Shown piece after piece: positions 15,984 through 24,748 of a DNA stretch of 34,250 nt; position 1 is the stretch's first letter, and each line of letters opens with the position of its first letter. The stretch is from contig JBBIML010000030.1 of the NCBI GenBank assembly GCA_037444405.1, positions 1 through 34,250 of the forward strand, read 5' to 3'. The position numbers were made by a program, and so were the translations under genes. The notes beneath the pieces were generated by a model that worked only from the letters and a program-made list of their open reading frames with translations, ran no database searches and was not told the origin of the DNA. Source of the stretch: Armatimonadota bacterium (GTDB taxonomy: Bacteria > Armatimonadota > Fimbriimonadia > Fimbriimonadales > GBS-DC).

Positions 15984-17081
15984 ATGCAAAGACGGAGCCG
16001 TTTGTGGTGGGTTATTCCGTTCGTGATCGGGGTGCTGCTGTGGAGCGTCTGGACGGTGATGTTCTCCTCGACCCCGCTCAAAGAGGGTACGCTCGCGCCC
16101 GACTTCGCACTGACCGACGCCAGCGGCAAACAGCACCGACTCAGCGACTATCGCGGCAAATATGTGGTGTTGATGTTCTACCCGAAGTCGTTCACTCCCG
16201 GCTGCACGGCGCAAAACTGCGCGGTGCGCGATGCCTATGACCAGCTCAGCCAGTATGCGGTCGTGCTGGGCATCAGCGTCGACAGCGTCGACACGCAGGC
16301 GAAGTTCACCCGGCAGTATAACCTGAAGCAGACTCTGCTCGCCGATGAGAAGGGCGAGGTGTCCCGCGCCTACGGCGTGCTGACCAGCGCCAACTTCGCC
16401 AGCCGAACCACCTTCATCGTCGGACCCGACGGCAAAATCGTGAAGGTGTTCGAAAAAGCGGGCACCAGCAATCACGGTGAGGAGCTGCTCGCCTTCTTCA
16501 GGAACCTCAAGAGCGGGTCCAGCAGCAGTGGCGCTGATGATGAATCCCCCACGATCGCGATTGGCAAGAAGGCGCCTGACTTCACCCTGCCCAATGTGAT
16601 GGCGACCAGGGACTCCGAGCGCATGGTGCGCCTGTACGACATCCGCGACAAAAAGCTTATCGTGATTATCTTCACCGCCACGCGCTGCCCCATCGATAAT
16701 GACTACGACGCACGCGTGGTCGAACTGGTGAAGACCTACACGCCGAAAGGGGTTCAGTTCCTTGCCATCAACTCCAACAGCACCGAGCCGGTGGCAGAGG
16801 TGATTGAGCACGCGAAGCAGACGGGCTTCCCGGCGCCTGTGCTGAAAGATGAGGGCAACCGCGTCGCCGACCTCTATCAGGCGCGGGTGACGCCAGAGGT
16901 CTATGTGCTGGATTCGAACTTCATACTGCGCTATCACGGGCGCATCGATAACAGCCAGAACCCTGAGCGCGTAACCCAGCGCGACCTGCAGGCGGCGCTG
17001 GACGCCCTGCTGGCGGGCAAGGAACCGCCCGTAACGGAAACTCGCGCCTTCGGATGCACCATCAAGCGCGTGCCGAAGTAG
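15984..17081 (+). CDS. Membrane-anchored two-domain redoxin: BCP-type peroxiredoxin plus AhpC/TSA thioredoxin-like domain
   Basis: N-terminal hydrophobic helix; FYPKSFTPGCTAQNC in domain 1; IFTATRCP...YHGRID...FGCTIK in domain 2. GGGAGG RBS before ATG 15984. Confidence 0.85.
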   Translation: MQRRSRLWWVIPFVIGVLLWSVWTVMFSSTPLKEGTLAPDFALTDASGKQHRLSDYRGKYVVLMFYPKSFTPGCTAQNCAVRDAYDQLSQYAVVLGISVDSVDTQAKFTRQYNLKQTLLADEKGEVSRAYGVLTSANFASRTTFIVGPDGKIVKVFEKAGTSNHGEELLAFFRNLKSGSSSSGADDESPTIAIGKKAPDFTLPNVMATRDSERMVRLYDIRDKKLIVIIFTATRCPIDNDYDARVVELVKTYTPKGVQFLAINSNSTEPVAEVIEHAKQTGFPAPVLKDEGNRVADLYQARVTPEVYVLDSNFILRYHGRIDNSQNPERVTQRDLQAALDALLAGKEPPVTETRAFGCTIKRVPK

Positions 17082-18016
17082 AGCCTCAATCGGCTGCATC
17101 GGCGTCGTTCAACGGGGCGGATGCACCGACGGACGGGCAGGAGCGGGCGAAACGGCTCGCTTCTGCCCTCTCGCTCACCTACAATGTGCTGTTCACCGCT
17201 GCCAAGCTTGTCGCCGCGTTGCTCACGGGCTCGATGAGCCTGCTTTCTGAAGCGCTTCACTCCGCCACCGATATTGTGGCGTCCACGCTGGCTTATGTGG
17301 GCATTCGCGCTGCCTCCGCCCCGCCCGACGAACGCCACCCCTACGGACACGGCAAAATCGAAACGCTTGCTGGCTTCGGCGAATCGATCCTGCTCTTCCT
17401 GATGGTGCTGTATCTGATCGGGGAAGGCATCCATCGGCTGGTGCGCGGCGTGCGGCTGGAGAGCCTTGAGCTGGGGCTGGGCGTGATGCTGCTTTCCACC
17501 CTCACCAGCCTGCTGGTGGGTCAATATGTGTTGCGTGTGGGGCGGCGCACCCGCTCGCTCGCCCTGCTCTCCAACGGGCAGCACCTAATGGTCGACTGCT
17601 GGACGAGCGCAGGTGTGCTGATCGCGCTCGTCATCATTCGGTTCACAGGCTGGACGCTGATTGACCCCCTGCTGGCGATTGGCATCGCGCTCTGGCTGCT
17701 GCGCGGCGCATGGCGACTCTCCACGCAGGCGTTCCACGAGCTGATCGACCAGCGGCTGCCCGATGAGGAAATCGCGCACATCGATTCGGTCATCCGCTCC
17801 GACCCGCGCGTGATCAGTTATCACAACCTGCGCACGCGCCGCTCTGGCGCCATGCGCTATATTGACCTGCATATCGTCGTGCCTGCCGACTGGAGCCTCC
17901 AGCAGGCGCACGCCGTCGCCGATGAGCTGGAGAAACGACTGAAGCGCGAACTCGCCCCCGCGCAGGTGGTCATCCATGTAGACCCCTACGACCCCAGCAA
18001 GGCGCGACAGGTATAA
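17054..18016 (+). CDS. Cation diffusion facilitator (FieF-like); start uncertain
   Basis: EALHSATD, PPDERHPYGHGKIE, HLMVD, six hydrophobic segments, HNLRTR...IDLH...IHVDP C-terminal domain. Confidence 0.9.
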   Translation: MHHQARAEVEPQSAASASFNGADAPTDGQERAKRLASALSLTYNVLFTAAKLVAALLTGSMSLLSEALHSATDIVASTLAYVGIRAASAPPDERHPYGHGKIETLAGFGESILLFLMVLYLIGEGIHRLVRGVRLESLELGLGVMLLSTLTSLLVGQYVLRVGRRTRSLALLSNGQHLMVDCWTSAGVLIALVIIRFTGWTLIDPLLAIGIALWLLRGAWRLSTQAFHELIDQRLPDEEIAHIDSVIRSDPRVISYHNLRTRRSGAMRYIDLHIVVPADWSLQQAHAVADELEKRLKRELAPAQVVIHVDPYDPSKARQV

Positions 18017-18034
18017 TAGGGCGGAGGCACGCGA

Positions 18035-19408
18035 ATGGGCGAGGTACGAATCCTGCTCCGTTGTCGGGACATCCCCAACTGCGACGAGCTGGAGGTCTAC
18101 GAGGCGAACGGCGGCTATCAGGCACTGCGCAAGGCGCTGCAGATGGAGCGCCAGGCGGTCATCGACGAAATCAAGAAGTCGGGACTGCGCGGGCGCGGCG
18201 GCGCAGGCTTCCCCGCATGGATCAAATGGAACGGCATCCCCAAAGACGATGACAAGCCCCACTATGTGCTGTGCAACTCCGATGAGGGCGAACCGGGCAC
18301 CTTCAAAGATTTCGAGCTGATGTACCGTGCGCCCCACCAGCTGATTGAAGGCATGATAATCGCGGGCTACGCGGTGCGCGCCCGCATCGGCTACATCTAC
18401 ATTCGGGGCGAGTATGTGGAGTGCGCCCGCAAGGTGCGCAAAGCCATCGATCAAGCCTATCGCGCAGGCTATCTCGGTAAAAATATTCTCGGCAGCGGGT
18501 TCGATCACGACATCTACATTCACATGGGCGCAGGCTCCTATGAGTGTGGTGAGGAGTCGGCGATGATGTCGAGCCTGATGGGCGAGCGGGGCATGCCGCG
18601 CCTGAAGTTCCCGCACGCGCCCCTGCCCACCATCGCCGGCTTGTGGGACTGCCCCACGCTCATCAACAACTGCGAGACGCTCTCCTGCGTGCCGCACATC
18701 ATCCTCAACGGCGGTGAATGGTACGCCCAGTACGGCGCCAGCACCCGAAACAGCCGCGGCACTAAGATTTTCTCCGTCAGCGGGCATGTGAACCGACCGG
18801 GTAACTATGAAATTGAGTTTGGCACACCGCTGATGGAGCTCATCGAGCTGGCGGGCGGTGTGGCAGGTGGCAAACTCAAGGGCATCATCCCGGGTGGCTC
18901 CTCGATGCCCATCCTGCCCGCCGATAAGTGCGAGGATGCGATTATCGGCTATGAGGAGCTGATGGAAAAGGGCAGTATGGTCGGCTCCGGCGGCTGCATC
19001 GTGCTGAACGAACACACCTGTATCGTGCATTTCGCGTGGCGCACGGCGGAGTTCTACGCGCACGAATCGTGTGGCAAATGCACGCCATGCCGCGAGGGCA
19101 CCCGCTGGATGGTGCAAATCCTGGAGCGCATCCTGCAGGGCAAGGGGCGCATGGCGGATATCGACCTTCTGCTGGACATCTGCGACCAAATTGATGGACG
19201 CAGTTTCTGCGCCCTGGGCGACGCCGCCGCCTGGCCCATCCGTGCCTTCATCAAAAACTTCCGTGAGGAGTTCGAGTATTTTGTTCAACACGGGCGCAGT
19301 CTGTACGCGGATAATCCCCTCTCCCAGCAGATGTTCCCCCCACGAGGCTATCAGCGCTACAACCCGATGCGCTATGGGTACACTTTCGGCTCAGCGTTGC
19401 TGAAGTAA
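18035..19408 (+). CDS. nuoF: NADH-quinone oxidoreductase subunit F
   Basis: GLRGRGGAGFP, NSDEGEPGTFKD, GAGSYECGEE, 4Fe-4S motif HESCGKCTPCREG...FCALGD. Confidence 0.93.
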   Translation: MGEVRILLRCRDIPNCDELEVYEANGGYQALRKALQMERQAVIDEIKKSGLRGRGGAGFPAWIKWNGIPKDDDKPHYVLCNSDEGEPGTFKDFELMYRAPHQLIEGMIIAGYAVRARIGYIYIRGEYVECARKVRKAIDQAYRAGYLGKNILGSGFDHDIYIHMGAGSYECGEESAMMSSLMGERGMPRLKFPHAPLPTIAGLWDCPTLINNCETLSCVPHIILNGGEWYAQYGASTRNSRGTKIFSVSGHVNRPGNYEIEFGTPLMELIELAGGVAGGKLKGIIPGGSSMPILPADKCEDAIIGYEELMEKGSMVGSGGCIVLNEHTCIVHFAWRTAEFYAHESCGKCTPCREGTRWMVQILERILQGKGRMADIDLLLDICDQIDGRSFCALGDAAAWPIRAFIKNFREEFEYFVQHGRSLYADNPLSQQMFPPRGYQRYNPMRYGYTFGSALLK

Positions 19409-19439
19409 GTCTGGAGAGCAAGGTACAATATTCTCCGCT

Positions 19440-22163
19440 ATGGCGCAGGAGCTGCCGAAAACTTATGACCCGCATCAGGTGGAGCAGCGGCGGTATCAGT
19501 GGTGGCTGGAGCGGGGCGATTTTGAGGCGGTTATCGCTGATGACGGTCGCCCGCGCTACTGCATCACCATCCCGCCGCCCAACATCACGGGTTCGCTCCA
19601 TATGGGGCACGCGCTCAACAACACCATCCACGATGTGCTGCTGCGCTGGAAGCGCATGCAGGGCTACAATGTGCTGTGCGTGCCAGGCACCGACCACGCG
19701 GGCATCGCCACCCAGAATGTGGTGGAGCGTGAACTGCTCAAGGAGGGACTGACCCGCCAGCAACTGGGGCGCGAGAAGTTCCTGGAGCGCGTGTGGCAGT
19801 GGCGCGAGCAGTACGGCAACACGATCCTGATGCAGTTCCGTCGGCTCGGCTGCTCCTACGACTGGCGCTATACCCGCTTCACACTCGACCCCGAATATGC
19901 CGACGCCGTGCTGGAGGTGTTTGTACGCTGGTGGCAGGATGGGCATCTCTATATTGGCGAGCGTGTCATCAACTGGTGCCCCCGCTGCCGAACCGCCCTC
20001 TCCGATATCGAGCTGGAACGCACGGAAGAGGCGGGCAAGCTCTATCACATCCTCTATCCGTTCGTGGAAGGCGAGGGCGGCGTGGTGGTCGCGACCACGC
20101 GCCCCGAAACGATGCTGGGCGATGTGGCGGTGGCGGTCAACCCCGCCGATGGACGCTATCAGGGTCTGATCGGACGCACCCTGCGCCTGCCAATGGTGGA
20201 TCGGCTCATCCCGCTGATTGCCGACCCTTACCCTGACCCCACCTTCGGCACAGGCGCGGTCAAGGTGACGCCCGCTCACGACCCGAACGACTTCGAAATA
20301 GGACAGCGGCACAACCTGCCCCGCCCCATCGTGATTAGCGAGGACGCCACCATCAACACCGAGCGCCTGCGCGAGGAACTCAACGCCCACGACAACCCCT
20401 ACCTGCAAAAGTATCATGGCAAAGACCGCTACGAGGTGCGCCGACTGATTGTGGAGGACCTTCAGCAGGCGGGCTATCTGGTGAAAGTGGAGGACTACAC
20501 GGTGCCGCTATCGCGCTGTGAACGCTGCCACACGGTCATCGAGCCGCTCCTGAGCGAGCAGTGGTTCTGCCGCATGGAGCCCATCGCCAGACCCGCCATC
20601 GAAGTCGTGAAGCAGGGCAAGGTGCGCTTCATTCCCGAACGCTACACCGAGATGTACCTGAACTGGATGGAGAACATCCGCGACTGGTGCATCTCCCGCC
20701 AGCTCTGGTGGGGGCACCAGATTCCCGCATGGTACTGCGTGGACTGCCATCCTGAAAACTTTGACGATTCCTACCGCCTCAAGCGGCGGGAAAGCCCCAT
20801 CGTGCAAAAGAGCGCGCCCGAAAAATGCCCGCGCTGCGGCAGCACGCGCCTCGTGCGCGACCCCGATGTGCTGGACACATGGTTCTCCTCCGCCATCTGG
20901 CCCCAGACCGTGCTGGGCTGGCCCAACCCGACCGACGAACTGCGCCTCTTCTATCCCACCAGCGTGCTAATCACCGCACAGGAGATTCTCTACCTGTGGG
21001 TCGCCCGCATGATTATGACGGGGCTTTATTTTGTGGGCGATGTGCCCTTCCACGAGGTGTATATCCACGCTACCGTGCTGAACAAAGAAGGCAGGCGGAT
21101 GTCCAAATCGCTTGGCACGGGCATCGACCCACTGGAGATGATCGAGAAGTACGGCACGGACGCCCTGCGCTGGTCGCTGCTTCAGCAGGCGGGCATGCAG
21201 CAGTCGATCCGCTTCTATGAGGAGCGCGTAGTGAACGCCCGCAACTTCGCGAACAAGGTGTGGAACGCCACGCGGTTCGTGCTGCTGAACCTGAACGACG
21301 CCGATTTAGAGACCCTGCGCCAGCGGGGGGCACAGCCTGACGATGTGCTGGATCGCTGGGTGCTGAGCCGCCTCCAGCGCACCATCGACGCGGTTCAGAC
21401 CGCGCTCGCGAACTACTGCTTCGATGACGGCGCGAACGCCCTCTATGAGTTCATCTGGAGCGAGGTGTGCGACTGGTATATCGAGGCGTGCAAGCCGCGC
21501 CTGCAGAACACCGCCCGCCGCGCCCAGACGCAGGCGATGCTCGTCTATCTGTTCGACCAGATTCTGCGCCTGCTGCACCCCTACATGCCGCACATCAGCG
21601 AGGAGCTGTGGCAGGCGATTGGCGCGACGCCCGACTGCCCTGCGCTGATCCGTGCGCCCTTCCCGCAGGTGAACCCCGCCCTTATCGACCCTGACGCAGA
21701 AGCCGAAATCGCACAGGTGTTCGAAACCATTCGCGCCATTCGCAACCTGCGTGCGGAGGTCAACATCACGCCCGGCGTCGAAATCCCGCTGGTGTGGCTC
21801 AACCCGGCGGACGACCTCAGTCGCACGCGATTGCAACGCCATCAGCCGCTGATGGAGTATCTTGCCTGGTGCCGCGAGATTCGCTGGGGCACGCCGACGG
21901 AGCGCGCGCTGATGAACCCCACCGATGGCGCGGAGGTCTACCTGCCCGTCGAAGGCGTCATCGACATCGGGCGCGAGCGTGAACGCCTGCAACGCGAACT
22001 CAACAGGGTGGAAGAGGAGCTGCGGCGCGTGCAGGCACGCCTGCGCAACCCACAATTTCTGGAGCGCGCCAAGCCCGAAGTGGTGCAGGAGACCCGCGCC
22101 CAGGAGCAGGAGCTGATGGCACGCCATCAGCGACTTGCCACGCGGCTCCAGCAGCTTTCATAA
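19440..22163 (+). CDS. valS: Valine--tRNA ligase
   Basis: PPPNITGSLHMGH, DHAGIATQ, TTRPET, DWCISRQLWWGH, DVLDTWFSS, RMSKS, C-terminal coiled coil. Confidence 0.98.
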   Translation: MAQELPKTYDPHQVEQRRYQWWLERGDFEAVIADDGRPRYCITIPPPNITGSLHMGHALNNTIHDVLLRWKRMQGYNVLCVPGTDHAGIATQNVVERELLKEGLTRQQLGREKFLERVWQWREQYGNTILMQFRRLGCSYDWRYTRFTLDPEYADAVLEVFVRWWQDGHLYIGERVINWCPRCRTALSDIELERTEEAGKLYHILYPFVEGEGGVVVATTRPETMLGDVAVAVNPADGRYQGLIGRTLRLPMVDRLIPLIADPYPDPTFGTGAVKVTPAHDPNDFEIGQRHNLPRPIVISEDATINTERLREELNAHDNPYLQKYHGKDRYEVRRLIVEDLQQAGYLVKVEDYTVPLSRCERCHTVIEPLLSEQWFCRMEPIARPAIEVVKQGKVRFIPERYTEMYLNWMENIRDWCISRQLWWGHQIPAWYCVDCHPENFDDSYRLKRRESPIVQKSAPEKCPRCGSTRLVRDPDVLDTWFSSAIWPQTVLGWPNPTDELRLFYPTSVLITAQEILYLWVARMIMTGLYFVGDVPFHEVYIHATVLNKEGRRMSKSLGTGIDPLEMIEKYGTDALRWSLLQQAGMQQSIRFYEERVVNARNFANKVWNATRFVLLNLNDADLETLRQRGAQPDDVLDRWVLSRLQRTIDAVQTALANYCFDDGANALYEFIWSEVCDWYIEACKPRLQNTARRAQTQAMLVYLFDQILRLLHPYMPHISEELWQAIGATPDCPALIRAPFPQVNPALIDPDAEAEIAQVFETIRAIRNLRAEVNITPGVEIPLVWLNPADDLSRTRLQRHQPLMEYLAWCREIRWGTPTERALMNPTDGAEVYLPVEGVIDIGRERERLQRELNRVEEELRRVQARLRNPQFLERAKPEVVQETRAQEQELMARHQRLATRLQQLS

Positions 22164-22203
22164 AAAGTCCTCAAAATCGGTGCATCGATGCCGATAATAT
22201 CGG

Positions 22204-23469
22204 GTGAAGGCTGTGGCGGAACCGATTCGTATCCGATTGATGGACGCAGCGCTGGACGCCTCGCTCCTGCGGCTGACCGACATTCGGCGCGAGCCGCTGC
22301 CCGTTCAGGCGGGTGAATCCTGCATGGGAGCGGTTTGCCTTCCCTATCCGGGCGAGCCGTTCGGCGTCGCCTACCCACTTGAGGTGCCTGATTACGGCTG
22401 CCTCTATCTCTGGTCGAACAGCAGAGGCTACGGCTCACAGACGCACGAGATTGTGCTGGAGCGCGAGCTGGTTCACAGCCGCTATCAGCGCAGTCTGAGC
22501 TTCATCAAGCAGTATCAGCGCAAGGGCGTGCCGCTGGAGAGCCTGCAGGCGACAATGCTCCCGCCTGACGATTCGGGACGCGAGCTGCTCATGCAGAGCC
22601 TGCGGAAGAGCCTGCAGGCAGGCGAGCAGGCTGCGCTTGCGGTGGCACGCACGCGCCTCCAGCGCATGGGCGGGCGCGAACTGTTCGTGTGGGGCGTCGC
22701 CATCAACGAACCTGACCTGTCCATGCAAGCGCTCCATCCACCCTTCAACCAGCTCAGCCTCCGCATGACCCAGCCTGCGCTCGAACGCTGGGAGCCGCTG
22801 GTTCAGCAAGCCCAGCAGGAGCGACGACTCGTGCGCGGCGAATCGGTGCTGGACGCCGCTTTCATCCAGCAGGCTGTCCATCTGCCCCAGCCGCCGCTCG
22901 ATGCCCTGCTCCATCGCCTGTGCAACGCCATCCGACTTTATCGCGGGCGAATCCGCTACTGGGAGATTCTGTCCGACCTGCCGTTTAGCCTGAACCCTAT
23001 TGTGAGCAATGAGCGTGAGCAGGTCAGGCTGATTGGCACCCTGTGCGAGGCGGCGCGGGCAGTCGATTTCGGCATCGTGCGCCTGCTCGGCGCCCACTAC
23101 AGCCTGTATCATCGCCATGCGGCATTCCAGCTGCTGAATGCCTGTGTGGAGTGGGGCGTGCCGTTTGAGGGCGTTCACCTCCATCTCCACTGGCACGACT
23201 TCGACCTGCTCGATCTGGACAGCCTGCTGGAGCATTACGGCGATCTGGGCAAGCCGCTGCACCTGACGCTGAATCTGCCCGCTGCTGCGAATCCCTTCTG
23301 GCGGGCGTCCAGCGGTGAACAACTGCCGCTGGAGTGGCTGCAGCAGGTGTCCACGCTCGCCATGAGCAAGCCGTTCGTGGTGGGCGTGCAGGTTCCGCCG
23401 AACGCCCTGCCTCCTGCTGCCCTGCACGAGTTGCGTGCATGGCAGGCAACCATGCTCCAACCCACTTGA
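22204..23469 (+). CDS. GH10-like TIM-barrel protein, probably catalytically degenerate
   Basis: YRGRIRYWEI, GVPFEGVHLHLH and LGKPLHLT resemble GH10 strands but lack the catalytic NE and TE glutamates. Confidence 0.55.
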   Translation: MKAVAEPIRIRLMDAALDASLLRLTDIRREPLPVQAGESCMGAVCLPYPGEPFGVAYPLEVPDYGCLYLWSNSRGYGSQTHEIVLERELVHSRYQRSLSFIKQYQRKGVPLESLQATMLPPDDSGRELLMQSLRKSLQAGEQAALAVARTRLQRMGGRELFVWGVAINEPDLSMQALHPPFNQLSLRMTQPALERWEPLVQQAQQERRLVRGESVLDAAFIQQAVHLPQPPLDALLHRLCNAIRLYRGRIRYWEILSDLPFSLNPIVSNEREQVRLIGTLCEAARAVDFGIVRLLGAHYSLYHRHAAFQLLNACVEWGVPFEGVHLHLHWHDFDLLDLDSLLEHYGDLGKPLHLTLNLPAAANPFWRASSGEQLPLEWLQQVSTLAMSKPFVVGVQVPPNALPPAALHELRAWQATMLQPT

Positions 23470-23494
23470 CAAAGCAGGTCAGGCATGGTATAAT
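23466..23494 (+). promoter_or_regulatory. Consensus sigma70 promoter of the infC operon
   Basis: TTGACA 23466-23471, 17-nt spacer, TG-n-TATAAT with the hexamer at 23489-23494. Confidence 0.85.
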
Positions 23495-23538
23495 GCAGGG
23501 CGCATGCCAACCAGACACAAAGCGAGGGTGAGCCAGCT

Positions 23539-24207
23539 ATCCAGAAGGAACTGAGGGCCAACAATCGGATCCGCGCCAGAGAGGTGCGCGTTATCGACGA
23601 GAACGGGAAGCAGATCGGAGTGATGCACATTCGCCGCGCCCTCAAAATCGCGCAGGAGCGCGGTCTCGACCTGGTGGAAGTCGCGCCGAACGCGAACCCG
23701 CCCGTGTGCCGAATCCTCGACTACGGGCGCTATCGCTACGAGCAGGAGAAACTCGCCAAAGAGTCGAAGCGCAAGCACAAACAGGCGGATGTCAAAACCA
23801 TTCGCCTGCGACCCAGCACGGGCGCGCACGACATCGAAACCAAAACGCGCAACGCGCGCGAGTTCCTGCAGGACGGCGATAAGGTAAAATTTATTGTCAT
23901 CTTCCGCAGTCGGGAGATCGGGCGACCGCAGATGGGCGAAACACTGCTCAAAAAGGTCGCCAATGCCCTGCGGGACGATGGCTTCATCGAGCGCCCGCCG
24001 ACGATGGAGGGACGCCAGATGGTGATGGTGCTGGCACCGCACAGGAAACCTGCCCGCACCGAAACCGTCTCAACCGTGCAAGCAGGAGGAGATACCCAGC
24101 ATGCCAAAGATGAAGACGAGCAAGACCGCCGCCAAGCGGTTCAAACGCACAGCGACGGGCAAACTGATGCACAAGAAAGCCGGGAACAGTCACCTGTTCC
24201 TCAGTAA
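23539..24207 (+). CDS. infC: Translation initiation factor IF-3 (probable ATC start)
   Basis: In-frame ATC-QKELRANNRIRAREVRVI, GLDLVEVAPNANPPVCRILDYG, DGDKVK. GAGGGTGA RBS lies 7 nt before ATC 23539. Confidence 0.93.
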   Translation: MQKELRANNRIRAREVRVIDENGKQIGVMHIRRALKIAQERGLDLVEVAPNANPPVCRILDYGRYRYEQEKLAKESKRKHKQADVKTIRLRPSTGAHDIETKTRNAREFLQDGDKVKFIVIFRSREIGRPQMGETLLKKVANALRDDGFIERPPTMEGRQMVMVLAPHRKPARTETVSTVQAGGDTQHAKDEDEQDRRQAVQTHSDGQTDAQESREQSPVPQ

Positions 24208-24298
24208 ATCGCCCGCGCGCAAACGCCGACTCGACCTCGAAGATGAACTCTTCAAGGGCGAGTATCGGCGTGTCAACCGCTTGCTGGCAGGACGCTGA
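24101..24298 (+). CDS. rpmI: 50S ribosomal protein L35
   Basis: MPKMKTSKTAAKRFKRTATGK...HL...K; AGGAGG RBS; canonical position after infC. Confidence 0.97.
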   Translation: MPKMKTSKTAAKRFKRTATGKLMHKKAGNSHLFLSKSPARKRRLDLEDELFKGEYRRVNRLLAGR

Positions 24299-24303
24299 AC
24301 GCC

Positions 24304-24355
24304 GTAGCGGGCGCATCTTGCGCCCGAAACGAAATGGGCACGATGCCCACGCTCC
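24304..24355. repeat. GTAG-type REP doublet between rpmI and rplT
   Basis: GTAG-CGGGCGCA-tct-TGCGCCCG aaacgaa ATGGGCA-cga-TGCCCAC-G-CTCC; same architecture as 12177-12224. Confidence 0.7.
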
Positions 24356-24376
24356 ATGCCTAAGGAGGCTATCACG

Positions 24377-24727
24377 ATGCGTGTCAAAGGTGGAACCGTC
24401 ACCCGGCGAAGACATAAAAAGATACTGCGACTGGCAAAAGGCTACTACAGCGCGAAGCGGAAGCTGTTCCGCAAGGCGCACGAGCAGGTGATGAAGTCGC
24501 TGCTCTATGCGTATCGCGACCGCCGTCAGCGCAAGCGCGACCTGCGGCGGCTCTGGATTACCCGCATCAGCGCCGCCTGCCGTGCGCAGGGCATCCGCTA
24601 TCACGAGTTCATCCACGCGCTGGCGGAACGTGGCGTCGCGGTCAACCGCAAGATGCTGGCGGAGATGGCGGTGCGCGACCCCGACGCCTTCACCATGCTG
24701 GTGCAAAGCGTGCGCGGCTCATCCTGA
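24377..24727 (+). CDS. rplT: 50S ribosomal protein L20
   Basis: MRVKGG...[54 protein letters not shown]. Confidence 0.97.
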   Translation: MRVKGGTVTRRRHKKILRLAKGYYSAKRKLFRKAHEQVMKSLLYAYRDRRQRKRDLRRLWITRISAACRAQGIRYHEFIHALAERGVAVNRKMLAEMAVRDPDAFTMLVQSVRGSS

Positions 24728-24748
24728 AGCCCCGCTCCCAGACGCTTT

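Noticed and set aside
17585..19291. 568-aa minus-strand ORF (and similar long shadows such as 19251-20417, 25829-27004, 31043-32653)
   Set aside because: Antisense shadows of well-supported genes in high-GC DNA; no recognisable motifs.
19409..19439. T-box leader before valS or pheS
   Set aside because: Intergenic gaps are only 31 nt and 21 nt; there is no room.
23495..23538. Possible L20 leader RNA upstream of infC
   Set aside because: Leader is short and no convincing structure could be assigned by eye; needs an Rfam scan.
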